A DNA stretch of 53,729 nt, counting the filler, from Catajapyx aquilonaris (Eukaryota): assembly GCA_000934665.2 (NCBI GenBank). It is 3 parts of 3 records of this genome, joined end to end, with 100 filler letters (N's around TTAATTAATTAA, not from the genome) between each part and the next. Parts side by side here need not be neighbours in the genome. Positions count along the whole stretch, not along the records: positions 1 to 17,813 come from JYFJ02006855.1; 2 more parts are not named here. One strand, 5' to 3'. Position numbers and translations under genes: made by a program. This document shows, one piece after another, positions 1 to 11,542 of this stretch (position 1 is the first letter of the stretch; every line of letters starts with the position of its first letter). The notes beneath the pieces were generated by a model. It was not told where the DNA came from, made no database searches, and worked only from the letters and a program-made list of their open reading frames with translations.

Positions 1-1910
1 CCCCCCTACGTCTGCCACCGTTCACACTGTTAAATACCTTACTCTTTCGCCTCACTGGATTTCGCAAGATGTTGTGCGGGATTGCTCTGAATAGCCAGGA
101 TAACGTTAGAAATCGGCTCGCAAGGGAACTGATTCAATCAATATGTCGGCGACTGTACTTATGTGCTGGAGGGTCCCACCCAACAGATGAATTGATGCGC
201 CAAGTATTTTAATTGACCTTTATATCCAAGTACACTAATTGAACAAATTGAGCCAGTTGCTTCTGGTGCATCCAGACCAAAATGAAGCAATTTTATCTTG
301 GAACCATCTCGGAAGTGCGCACCTTTTCCGCACCGTCCCATACAAATGCTGTACCGATGCGTAGTAAGGAAATAACCCTCCCAATATTAGCTGTGGGCTG
401 TGAAAATGTACAGTAATCAACCGCCATCCGCATTTGGTGTGCCTCCCGCGAACTTTTCAAGAGCAACGTCTCGTAAAGTAATATTGCTGGAAGCCTCGCA
501 ACAGCCAGCCGCACGTGAAAGCATGAAAGAGCCAAATGACGTCTTCATCTGGGATAAGCATCTTATTCGGCGCGAATAGGCTCCCGCGTGCTGGTGACCT
601 CACCTCGTCTCTCTTTTTGAACAGCCCTGATGACCTATTGCCACGGTGATCAACTCTGCTTGATTAGAGTCAGGCCTGTGGATAGATTGGATCAAAACAA
701 GGCGAAAATGTAGGGGCGCGAAATGTGGAGAAAGCAACAGGTAATGACGTATAGGTGAAGATTAAATTGGGAGAAATGCTGGTAGCCGCGTGTGTCTAGG
801 GGCACCCAAATGTTTATCCTCGTCTACATTGTTACCGGTTTGATTCTCGACATTTCACGACTCTACCTTTTAGGCTTGTTTTGAGCCTACCTATACCAAT
901 TGGAAGTACTCGCTTTGTACACTCTTTCCCGGAGTGCATCCCGCATTGTTGCTTGTTGTTTGCCTATAGTGAGTACAAAATCCATCGTGTTAGCCCTGCC
1001 AGCCATCTGCAGCCTCGGGCCCATTAAAACCGGAAACAACCCATTTTGGGTAGAACCCGGTGGTGCAGGACAAAGCGCACTCATCGATCTTACCACACTC
1101 AAACTGGCTCCGAAATTTTTCTCTCTGTGGCACCAAACCCCAGCTCTTTGCTGAAGGTAATCAAAGGCGATTTATCTAGCAACTGCGCCGCCTGGTTGAC
1201 CATCAACCTAGCGTTTGTCATTCTCCTCCTGGAGAGGGTTTTTTTATTGCACGGATCTGTACAATTTGACGAGGAAAATCCATCGCCCAGATGATTGCCT
1301 CCACTTGTCACTCTAAAGTGCTCTTAGCAGCTGATGCTTTTTTGTGCAGCCCTACATACCGCTCAGGAAATATTGGCCGCAATAAATGCTTCCTCCTGCA
1401 ATAATTGCAGTAGCGGAAAGTCGTACTTGGCTCGGTTATAATCAAATGTCTGAAGGGGCCAAAAATTTTAACCCCCCCCCCCTCCCCCAAATAAAATTTC
1501 TAAAACATTAAATGGTTCACTAGTTTTGGAACACCCTTTTGTAAAAGTAGGGTGGAATTTGCCATATGTTTGCTTAAAATTCGGATGAGCTTATGCAGCA
1601 GCACATTAAATGCAGAAAGGTGTCGCTTACTATAGTGTATGGGACCGCTTGGCTCCCAACTCTCCCAACTAATTAACCCTAAATGAGGCGCGAAAGCAGG
1701 TCGTAGTTAGAGACGAGGTCAAGGTTGGCCCGGAAGGCCTGGTTCTATATAAGAGGTGTCTAGGTGGCCAAAGTGCAAACCACTGTCGTGACGATAGTAA
1801 TGTATGGTATAAAACCGCGACCCCCCAACAGTTAGCTCGTACATTTCACTTTCAGCACAAATGGGACAGTAAAGAGTGTTATTAAATCTGACCTTGCCTC
1901 TTTTTTCCAG

Positions 1911-4900
1911 GGTGCGCAGAAGATATGCTTATCTTACAATTCCACCAAGCCGATGACTGTCAAGCAGATTTTAAGGTAATCACAATGTTTCTATGCCGAT
2001 GTGCGAATTATAATTGATCGAGTTGAGCACAATGGGAGAGCTCGCAGGTTCCTTTGTATTCACGCCATTATTTTCAGGCTGAAAAGGCCTGACAAGCCAC
2101 CTCGCTTAGGTGGGCGGTTGGTTAGGTGAAATCTTACAAGCGGGGATAATTTATGGAGACTGAAGCTGCGAGCAGGGAGACAACTAGCTCCATTGTCTAC
2201 GCAGCTATAGAGCTGCATAGAAATGGAGCAACAAACACTGGTGAAAAATGAGCAGAAAAATCTGGTTGTGTTGCATATGAGAGAGAAAATTGCAGACCGC
2301 ATTAAAGTAAATTAATTCGTATGAATGTCACATAGGTTGACTTCTTAGGTGTAAAAATGTTGTTGTGGCTAAAATTGAATTGAATTTTTGCAGTTTCTCT
2401 CATATTGCGAAGTCGTGACTGGAATATCGAAAGGCCTGGCAGAAAAAGGGGGCCAAATTGTGGGCGTGAAATACACGGCGGGGGTAATGCTTCGTGACAG
2501 TTTTAATTAAGCACTATTTTAGGTGCATATGTGCATGAAATTTGGCTATTATTTCCCAGCGGGCTGGGTGTGGGGCGTCATTTTCATGCCTTTTCTTTGC
2601 ATCCAGCCCGTTATACCTGATAAATTACTCGGGGTAAAAATGTGTCGCGCCTTTTAATATTTTATCGGGCCTCGCTTTTTTGTTGATGCAAACGTTGCTT
2701 GAGGCATGAGATGAAAGGAGGAGGTAAAGGGATATAAGATGGATGAGGAAAACTCTCTCCGTCAGGGCGAAAACTCGATCAAATGCAGGCATTTTAGGAG
2801 TGCATAATTTTGGCCTCCAGTGAGGAAACTACCTTTTCAGTGCTAATACAATATTTCGCTGAAAGTGACGCACACAGCCACTTACCCTTTTCCCCCCCCT
2901 TTTCAGCAATTTTCCAAACATGGACAAATTGGAGAAGGGACCAAAGGAGATATTTAGTCCGGACATCCAAAAGGTAAGATTTAGTTTGCATGAAAATGGA
3001 TTGTTTAAACAAATTTTGAGAGAGCGTTGTGTGCAAACAGTGTCTTCGTTTTTTTTAATAATTAGGCTCCGCTTTTTGTAAGTAAATATTTGCTCATTAT
3101 TTACTTCCCTCGCGAAAAATTAAAAGGTCTTAGGAACATTATACGGCTAATTATACTGATGCAAATAGGTTCGAAAGTATTTATAGCGTCTGATCTATTT
3201 ACACCGGAGCGGAAGCTGATGAGTAGGTGTCGTTAATATGATACCAGACATTGTTTTCTGCGCAATTTCCACCCCCGTAACCTTTGACCCGCCCACGTTC
3301 TTTCATGATATGCAGGTGATTTTATTAACTAGGACCGGGGAGGGAGTATGCAAATGACATTTTGTCGCCTTTAATGACTCCTGCTGGTATCAAAGTCGAT
3401 GAGAAGTTTCCGGAGCGGATTTGTCAAACTGGTTTCGTCGGGGTCAACGAATGGGGTCACTGTGCCGTATAAGGTCACATGAGACCAGGTCGAACAAAAT
3501 CAATGCAAAGTTCTCACAATGTCGCAGTGGAGACGAAGAGCGATAACTTGCCGTCAGACCAGATCATTAAGGGAGACACGTGCGATTAATTATTTTCATT
3601 GTCCGTATCAAAAGGCTCATTTTGTCGTATCTGCAGCGACACCTGGCCCAATATTTTAAAGGCAGTCCTGCAGCTTTAAAGGCTCCCAGGTTCTTGCCTT
3701 ATAACCTTCAAAAAGAAATCATGCAACTTTATCATTTACCTTAGGAATCATTGACATCTGTTCACAAAGAAGGCCTCTTCAGGTTAGAAAATTCGTGCGA
3801 TTTTGTTTGGGAGAAAATTATGTCCTTTTTTAAAAAATGTGTCCGGCTGGTCGGCCGCACCTGCGCGCAATTAATTCCGCACCCCGACTGGATAGATAAA
3901 ACGCCATTAATTGTACATGTAAACACAGTCAGCTCGGAGGGCGAACCTTTCATCAATCAAGTGCACTTCGTCAGTAATTAAAAACCGCAGCTCAGTAATC
4001 GCGCTCTCTTTTTTTAGGGTGGGAGGGGAGCATGTATGTAATCGGAAATTCGAAACCTGAATCTGGGCAGTGGGGTCCCTACCCTTTATTTGCACTGGAT
4101 GCTACAATGTGCAAATCTGCTTAATGAAACAACGGGAGTGGTTTGCCTCCCTAAAATTGATCCTGTCAGATGTCGCCCGATTCGATTAAAACTAGTCCAT
4201 GTCTAGCTCGCAAAAATATTTGGCGACACAAGTGGGTCTGGGTCAAGAAAGTTGGCTGTCCCACTTGGCTCGATTGCAATTTTTTTTGTGTGTGTGTGCA
4301 AGGGACAAGACTTTTGCCAACATTTTGGCGAGTTGGAAACAACTATGCCCCTTGAGAGAGTCCTTTCATCCTACGAGTTATGTAACCCAAGCGACTCTCT
4401 TGTTCGACGGAGTGTGCAACTTTCAGGGGCAGCCAACAATGGTGGGGCCTTGCACAAACTTTGGCATGAAATTAATCACGGAAATCTGCACTTTGTAGGA
4501 CCTACTTCTGCTGGAGGAGCAGGAAGGCTCGGTGAACTTCAAGTTTGGGATCCTGTACATGAAGGCCGGACAGACCAGCGACGACGAAATATTCAGCAAC
4601 GGTAAGTCAAATTAGCTACGGCATGTCGCTAAGAAGTTGTGCAATGAATAATTCTGAATTGTGACAAGACAAACTTTTGGATGTCATGGAATTAGCGGGT
4701 TCACTTTAGGATGAGACTGTCTGCTTTTCAGAGTGTGGCAGCAGGGCTTTCGACAAGTTCGTCGCCCTTTTGGGGGAGAAGATACGGCTAAAGGCTTGGG
4801 ACAAGTATCGGGGAGGGCTCGATGTCAAAGGTCAGTTTAATTGCTACAGACACAGACCCGCATTTTTTGAGTCATGGACATACCAGCAAGAGGCCGACGC

Positions 4901-7900
4901 CTTGAACGAAATTGCCCCGTGTAGTTTTACGCGTACAATTACTCTCCGGAAACGTTTCCTTCCGGGCTTGAAAAAAAACTCGTCTCCTTCGCCGAAAAGT
5001 CCTTTTAAGAGCCTAACACCAGCAGGAAACGAAGTGAAATGGCGCCAACCACTTCACGACCGTACTTGGACCGAGCAAGTGCTTGTCGTCAGCCTATAGG
5101 TAAACTGCAAGTATATCAGCAAACCCTGCGACCTTCATCAAGGCTCGGAGAGATTGAACCATGCAAATTTAATGCCCGGAATCCTTCTTGGCAAACTCTT
5201 TCACACCTTGATGCACCCGGAAAAATGCTGGTTGGACGCTTAACAAACTCTTGGGTTTGAAACTTCCGGCACGTTGAACTTTAGGTTCATCCAACTGGAG
5301 GAAGAAAGATGGCCATAAAGCGGGTTGAATTATTAGATTCTGAGGAGAGTGCTGATTTATCCAGCACACACAACATGTAAATTTGGGCGAGCATTTATCA
5401 GCTGCAAACATGGGTTAAGTACCGCGCTTTGGGGGTTTTGATAGCCGTCCAATGGCGCAGTTATTAGGTGGCCTGGAGAAGAGAGTCTGCGGAATACAAT
5501 GCCATAACTTAATCCAATTCTGGGATCAAGGCGGCGGCCACTTTGCACTCGCAAATTCAATCTCATGGCGCAACTTGTGGACTTGGATTGTTCATTAAAA
5601 ATGGTGGTGCTTTGCAGGTGACATGACGGGTCAATACTCTGTGTACACCATCTACGAAGGACACGAGATCATGTTCCATGTGGCCACACATCTGCCATAC
5701 TCCAAGGACAACAGGCAACAGGTGAGAAAATTTACTCCGAGACAATATTTTAATATAAATATTTAAAATTACATTTACTATTTCATATTGCTGTAACGAT
5801 GGCTCCAGAATGATTATTATGAACCGCCTGACTAAAATAATTTGTTACAAAGTTTGTTCCGAAATTTCCTGGAACTTCGGAACGCCTCGGTATTCTCGTG
5901 AATTATGCAACTTCGCTAGTTGAAATAGTCGCACTTCGTCGCTCTCACCGCTCAGCACTTTGCAATTGCAAATATTTGTCGACTTAGGTGGAGAGGAAGC
6001 GGCACATTGGCAACGACATTGTGAACATCATCTTCTTCGACGGCAGCCCTGAAGAGATGGCCCACTTCAGCCCCAGCTTCATCAAGTCCCAGTTTACACG
6101 TATCCTCTTGTTCTTGGCGGATGGGTTCACACGGGATTCGTCGTTTAGGTCGATGTGGTTGGGATGAACTAATCACAAAGATGATTTTCGGATCCCACCC
6201 ACAGAGACTTCAGTGTAAATATTTTTGGGGTCCAGTCCTTAACCGCTGCTTTTCAGATATATTTGCTCTGGTCGGGTACGTACCGGAAGAAGACGCGTAC
6301 CGTCTGGTGGTGTACTCCGAGGAATCCGTGCCGCTCTTCGGTCCTTCCCTGCCCTGCCCTCCGATTTTTCACAACCACGAAGAGTTCCGCGAGTTCATGC
6401 TGGTTAAACGTAAGCATCAACACTCGTAATACGGTTGGAGCAGTGTTCATGCGTACACATCTCTTCTGTTCGCAGTAATCAACGGAGAGAAGGCGACGTT
6501 CAACACGCCCACGTTCGCACAAAAGCGCGAGAGGACGCTGGATATGCTCATCAAGGACATGTACGCCGAGCACATGAACGAGAACAAAGTGGTTAGTCCA
6601 TAAATGTTTAATCTTTGAGCTGTCCAAGTATATGGGGGTGAATACTTTAAGACATTTGTTATCCGTGACAGCAGACCATGCTGAACCGACGGGCGTTCAG
6701 CGACGTTCTTCCGGAAGCCCCCAGAGGTTCTCGTCGGAAGGAGGAGGCCAGACAAGTGGAGTTTGTGCGGATCGGACAGGCGCTGAAGCTGGACACTATA
6801 GTGAAAGGGGACGCTCCGACCAGCCTGGCAACGACGGGCCTCTTTCGACGAGCGGTGGGTACCAGTGACAGTGAGACCACTCTTCGGTGGTCATTGGTAA
6901 GGGTCGTAAAAGGGCGCCCGGGTGTTGCGCTGACGCCGTTGTCGACGTCGTGATGCTGATGTGCTGCAATGCTCCTGTACCAATTGCTTTAGTGATTCAG
7001 CAGTGGTATATACTATGCCTTGAGGGGGCGACAACTACTCCGGATTATTCACCCGAATTCGCATAAAGCTTCGAGCAGTTGTCGCCCCCTTTGCCCGGAC
7101 CCTTTTTTCTTATCTGACCATTTTGCATGCGTGCTCTGGCAGTGGCTCGTCTCAGTATACATTTCCACCCCCATCTCCTGCCGATAAAGCTGGCCAACAA
7201 TGCACCGTCTCGTAGGGTGTAGCCGTGTGACTGATCCAGTTCCGTTCCACAGCCTTGGGAACCTCAGTGTTTCTACCCAGACTTCCCCTTCGAGGTGACC
7301 TGCGGAGACTCATGGGGAGACAACAGACTCTTCCTGGCCAGCGATGCAGGAGTCTACCTGGTAGAAGGTAGGATTCACACCTTTTGCTCTGCAGGAATCA
7401 GGATAAGGCGCTGGCATAGTCTCTTTCCTTCCACCAACAGACGGTGGCATCCACAGGATGGTGTTTGACAAGACGGTGGTTGTGAAGCAGCTGAGCGTGG
7501 TGGAGCCTCACGGCATCCTCCTCCTGAGAGCGGAAAAAGGTCGTGATTGCAAGGTGCACGTGTTCAGGCTGTCAGACTTTGAGACGGAAGGTGGAGGCGG
7601 AAGCAACACTGGAAGTGCCAGCGGGGTTGAGGGCAGCAGCGTCGGAAGCTGCAGCAGTGGGGCCAGCAGCAGCGGTGGTGGTCCAGGAGGTGGTGGCCCA
7701 GGCGGCCCATGTGGTGCAGGCGGCCCATGTGGTGCAGGCGCCCAGCAAGTGGACATTCCCATCAGAGGAAGGCTGGACCTGAGGGAGCACAGGCTGGACA
7801 GGACCAAAGGGTGCCATCTTTACGCTCTCTCCAGGCCGGGAGGATCACACCTGCGCATCGTAAGCCATGACAGTTTAGGGCATATACTCTTGGTGGCTTT

Positions 7901-10826
7901 CTATACACTTATGTACTTTGTAGGTGGTGGCGGTGGGTCGGAAGCTTCTCCTGATGCAATGGAGACACTCGGCTGCGTGGACGGCTTGGTGTCCGGCCAG
8001 CGACACAGACACAGTGGACGGATTCCAGTACCTGAGGGAAATCCAGGTGGCCGAGCCTCCAACCCTCTTGACCCTTGTGGACTCCTCGCTGGTGGCATCG
8101 GCCGGTGGAGCCACCGACAACCACATATGCGCCGCATACAAGCACGTCTTCGACCTGGTCAACGAGAAGACAGGGGAGGTCTCAAGGCTGCACAGTGTCG
8201 ACGGAAGCAAGGTCCATCTGGTCACAGCCATCGACATCTACGAAGATGACGAGGCAGAGCTGCTTCTGTGCTACAACCGTAAGGACTTGGGTTCACACGA
8301 CAGTCATTGCTGTGGTTGAGATACGTGACCTTTTGATTTGCTTGTTCCGCAGACACATGCCACTTCCAGAAGCTCTCGGAAGGCAGCGGCTCGAGCGAGT
8401 TCGACTTCCACTGGAACTCTGTCCCGGAGAACATTGTGTGTGCCTTCCCGTACATCCTCGCGTTCACCTCCGATTCGGTCGAGATCCGTCTCATCATCAA
8501 TGGAAACCTCGTCCAGTCCATGGTCATGCCTCGCCTCAAACTCATCACCTCAAAGGTTAGGTCCCATTTATATCGCTAATTGAAATACATATTCAATGCC
8601 CCGTGTCCACATTGCAGAGCGACATATACTTCACGACGACAGCTCCCGAGTTCTTCCAAGTGCGTCGTGAGAGGGTGAAGGTGGACAAGCTGGAGAGAGA
8701 CCCTAGCCTGTCACCCCCTTCTTCGCCACATAGTGAGAACCTTAATTCCTCACTTACTGCCAACAAAGTAGTCTGCATGCTTAGACGTTCGTTGCTGCCA
8801 CACAGGGCTAGCGTACCGTTTGTGACGGTGCCCATAACAGTGCAAAATTAGGCAGTGGTTAACAACAAATTGGATGCATGTACTGCACTCACAGACTTCC
8901 AGCCCAATCCTACAAAATGCCCACCCCTTCACATGGTTGTGTGTATCTTAACTATTCTGGCCGAAAGACTTGCAGAAACTCCAGGAAACGTTTTCTGTTG
9001 GGAAAATCTGTTTTTCAGCCCTAAAAATTTTCAGCTGGATCTGATGGTATCCCAACAAACTATATAGCCTATCAAATGTTATGCATGTAACACAAAATTT
9101 ATGCGTTGACTGTAATGACTAAATTATTATTTTGTTGGTGTCCTGGCATTTTACCCATCATGTTACCTTCTAACATTTTAAATATTTTCTCATGGTAGGT
9201 ATAACAGTGGGTAAGTTACGTCCATGCCCCTGAAAATTATTACAAACACTAATTATTAAGACTTCCTAGTGAAATTTAAAACACGAAATAAACCAACAAC
9301 TTACCTTGAAATACGTGACATTTATTTATTCGTTTGTTAAGTCCTTGAAATTCAAAAATTCGAACCATGACCTCTCGAATGGGAATTTGTCACATTACCA
9401 CAGCTGAGGCAACGAGATGGTAAGGCTAACCTACGGATTAGATCGATTTACAGCATGAAATTTTTTTTACAATGAATTGAGTAAATAAAAATGCGAGCTA
9501 GGCAAGATTTGTAATCATGAGCAGTGTAACAGAAAAAACAGCCTCCGAGGGTAACAGTAGCGCTATCAAGTTCACCACTCATCTGAATTTACGCCCAAGG
9601 CATTTTGTAGCTATATTTCAAATCTACTGGGCCTGATTCAATCAAGATTTTCCCAGGTATTTATATAGGCTGGTCAAAGGTGATTTTTTTTAAATGACCA
9701 AAAGCTCTATGTCTGTTGAGAAGTTAACGTAAAGGTACCTTACGTGCAGAACAATCTCGACACATCGGAATGATTTCTTAATTTTGAACAAAATGTAACT
9801 AATCTTTATACATTATTTTGTTTTCAAGCAGTAGGCTAGCAAGAGTTCATCTTGTATAAATGTTTTCATTCTCCACCTGTAACATGCTCCATTGCTCTCT
9901 TTATGGCTCAGGAAACATGTTAAGACTTTATTATCTCAGTGGTAGTCAGTTCCCGAGGAGAAGGTTATGGACTAGAAACTAGAAGTGTTAGGCTATGCAG
10001 TACATATTTTTTGCAAATGATACAAAATCCAGTGTCTCCAAAAGTGGCAGTATCCATACACATTCCTGTGCAACGAAGGTTTCACGTGCCAGACTATAAA
10101 GGGTGCATGTTGGTAATGGAAGGTAATGGTTGGTAATGGATGCATGACAAGTGGATAAATCTGGCAACCCTTTTTATTGCCTGCATCTCACCTGAACATT
10201 ACCAACTGCTGGTATTACCGTTTCATCCCATTACAGCGCCAGACTCGAAGCCATACCGCATCTACCGCATTCCCCTGGTGTGCTTGAGCGGTTCCAGCTC
10301 CTGCGAGCGCAGATGCCCTACGCCCACCCCAACTCCTGGTGCTGATGGATGGGCCAACAACCCCAACCACCCTCATCCTCCCCATCATCACCACCACCAC
10401 CATCACCACCACCACCACCACCATCATCACCATAACCACCCCCACACTCACAACCACGCCAATGGGGCCGAAGCCACTCCAAACATCGCTGCAGCAGGAA
10501 CGTCACCTCCAACCTCCAACCTGCTGCGGGTCACACCAGAGCCATTCAAAGGAAGGAGCCGGAGCTGCACCTCCTCTCCCACCCCTTTCGCTGCTGCAGG
10601 CACTACTGCAGATGGATGCACCAGCCCTTCCCCTTGCCCGTCCCCATGTCCAGCTTGCACCTGTCCCTCTTGCCCTGCTTGCCCCTCTTGCCCATCTTGC
10701 CCCTCTTGCCCTTCACCCACACCAGGAAGGTACCCGGACGAAGAGAGGAGGGGGTCACGCGGATCTGACTGTGGGTCACCCCCACTCAGTCCCAGGCTGA
10801 AAGTCAATGGGGACAGGTTCCAATGA
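1911..10826 (+). CDS. GARNL3: GTPase-activating Rap/Ran-GAP domain-like protein 3 (RapGAP + CNH domain), 5'-partial, 15 exons
   Basis: Hand-spliced GT-AG exons: 1911-1975, 2907-2973, 4499-4601, 4732-4830, 5618-5721, 5988-6099, 6257-6409, 6476-6591, 6672(or 6675)-6854, 7253-7367, 7441-7859, 7924-8278, 8353-8555, 8618-8732, 10237-10826. They total 2799 nt, stay in frame and end in TGA. Motifs: GAQKICLSY, DLLLLEEQEGSVNFKFGILY, YRGGLD, HEIMFHVATHLPYS, VERKRHIGNDIV (RapGAP Asn thumb), LINGEKA, PWEPQCF, and the CNH segment CAFPYILAF..VEIR. The start codon lies upstream of the window. Confidence 0.93.
6100..6256 (+). other. U12-type (minor spliceosome) GT-AG intron in GARNL3
   Basis: 5' end GTATCCTCTT; branch motif TCCTTAAC at 6236-6243; AG at 6255-6256. 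Splicing restores FT-H-IFALV. Confidence 0.8.
10383..10433 (+). repeat. Coding (CAY)17 poly-histidine tract in last GARNL3 exon
   Basis: CAT/CAC run in frame within ORF 10140..10826. Confidence 0.85.
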
Positions 10827-11431
10827 TGGGGACAGGTAAGGTGGAGGCAGGCATAGTCGGCGTAGTGCTCATGCATGGTGGTTGGTACCACAACACCAGA
10901 AGGACAGAGCCAGGTCCAGTCACCCTCCAACAGGAGGTGCAGCTCATTGTTAACAATATTATTGGTTAGAGTTCAGCAGTCCAATGGTAAACTTCAAATC
11001 TTATTTTTCCAACAAATCAATGAAGCTGCCTCCCTTGTTGTGGACTGGACGATATTACTCCCATGATATAGGGCGAATGATTGCCTGCCTCAACCAGACA
11101 TATATGCTGGCTGCATATTGGGCTCATCGCAGCCACAGTGTTAACTACAATTGTCACCCCCAGAGGAAACACGCAATACCCATCTAGTGTTCCTCCCCAA
11201 GTAAGGCACCGCTATTTTTTCAAGTGTTGAAGCAGCACTGATGGTTAATATGTGGGTGTGGTGGACTCATCCTCTGAACATTTTGTGACAACACAGTACA
11301 AACCTTTTTGTGATGTGATACTGTAATTTAATCGCACTTTGTTTGAGTGCAGTCTCAGAAGACCAGCAGATCCCTGATGCCCGACAAGTTTTTATTCCCC
11401 TCTACAATTCATTCTCAAACAAAAAAGAAGC

Positions 11432-11486
<55 letters not shown>

Positions 11487-11495
11487 TATTATTTA

Positions 11496-11541
<46 letters not shown>
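11432..11541. repeat. (ATT)n microsatellite, probably within GARNL3 3' UTR
   Basis: Visible imperfect trinucleotide repeat. Confidence 0.9.

Positions 11542-11542
<1 letters not shown>

Noticed and set aside
714..740. MWRKQQ|GTAATG resembling the upstream GARNL3 exon (..ILWRKT)
   Set aside because: In-frame stop just upstream, poor acceptor, weak similarity.
159..1490. Short ORFs at the window start
   Set aside because: No recognisable motifs; consistent with GARNL3 intronic sequence.
10215..10930. Alternative-frame and antisense ORFs over the last GARNL3 exon, and similar ones at 7508-8548
   Set aside because: Shadows of GC-rich, low-complexity coding sequence.
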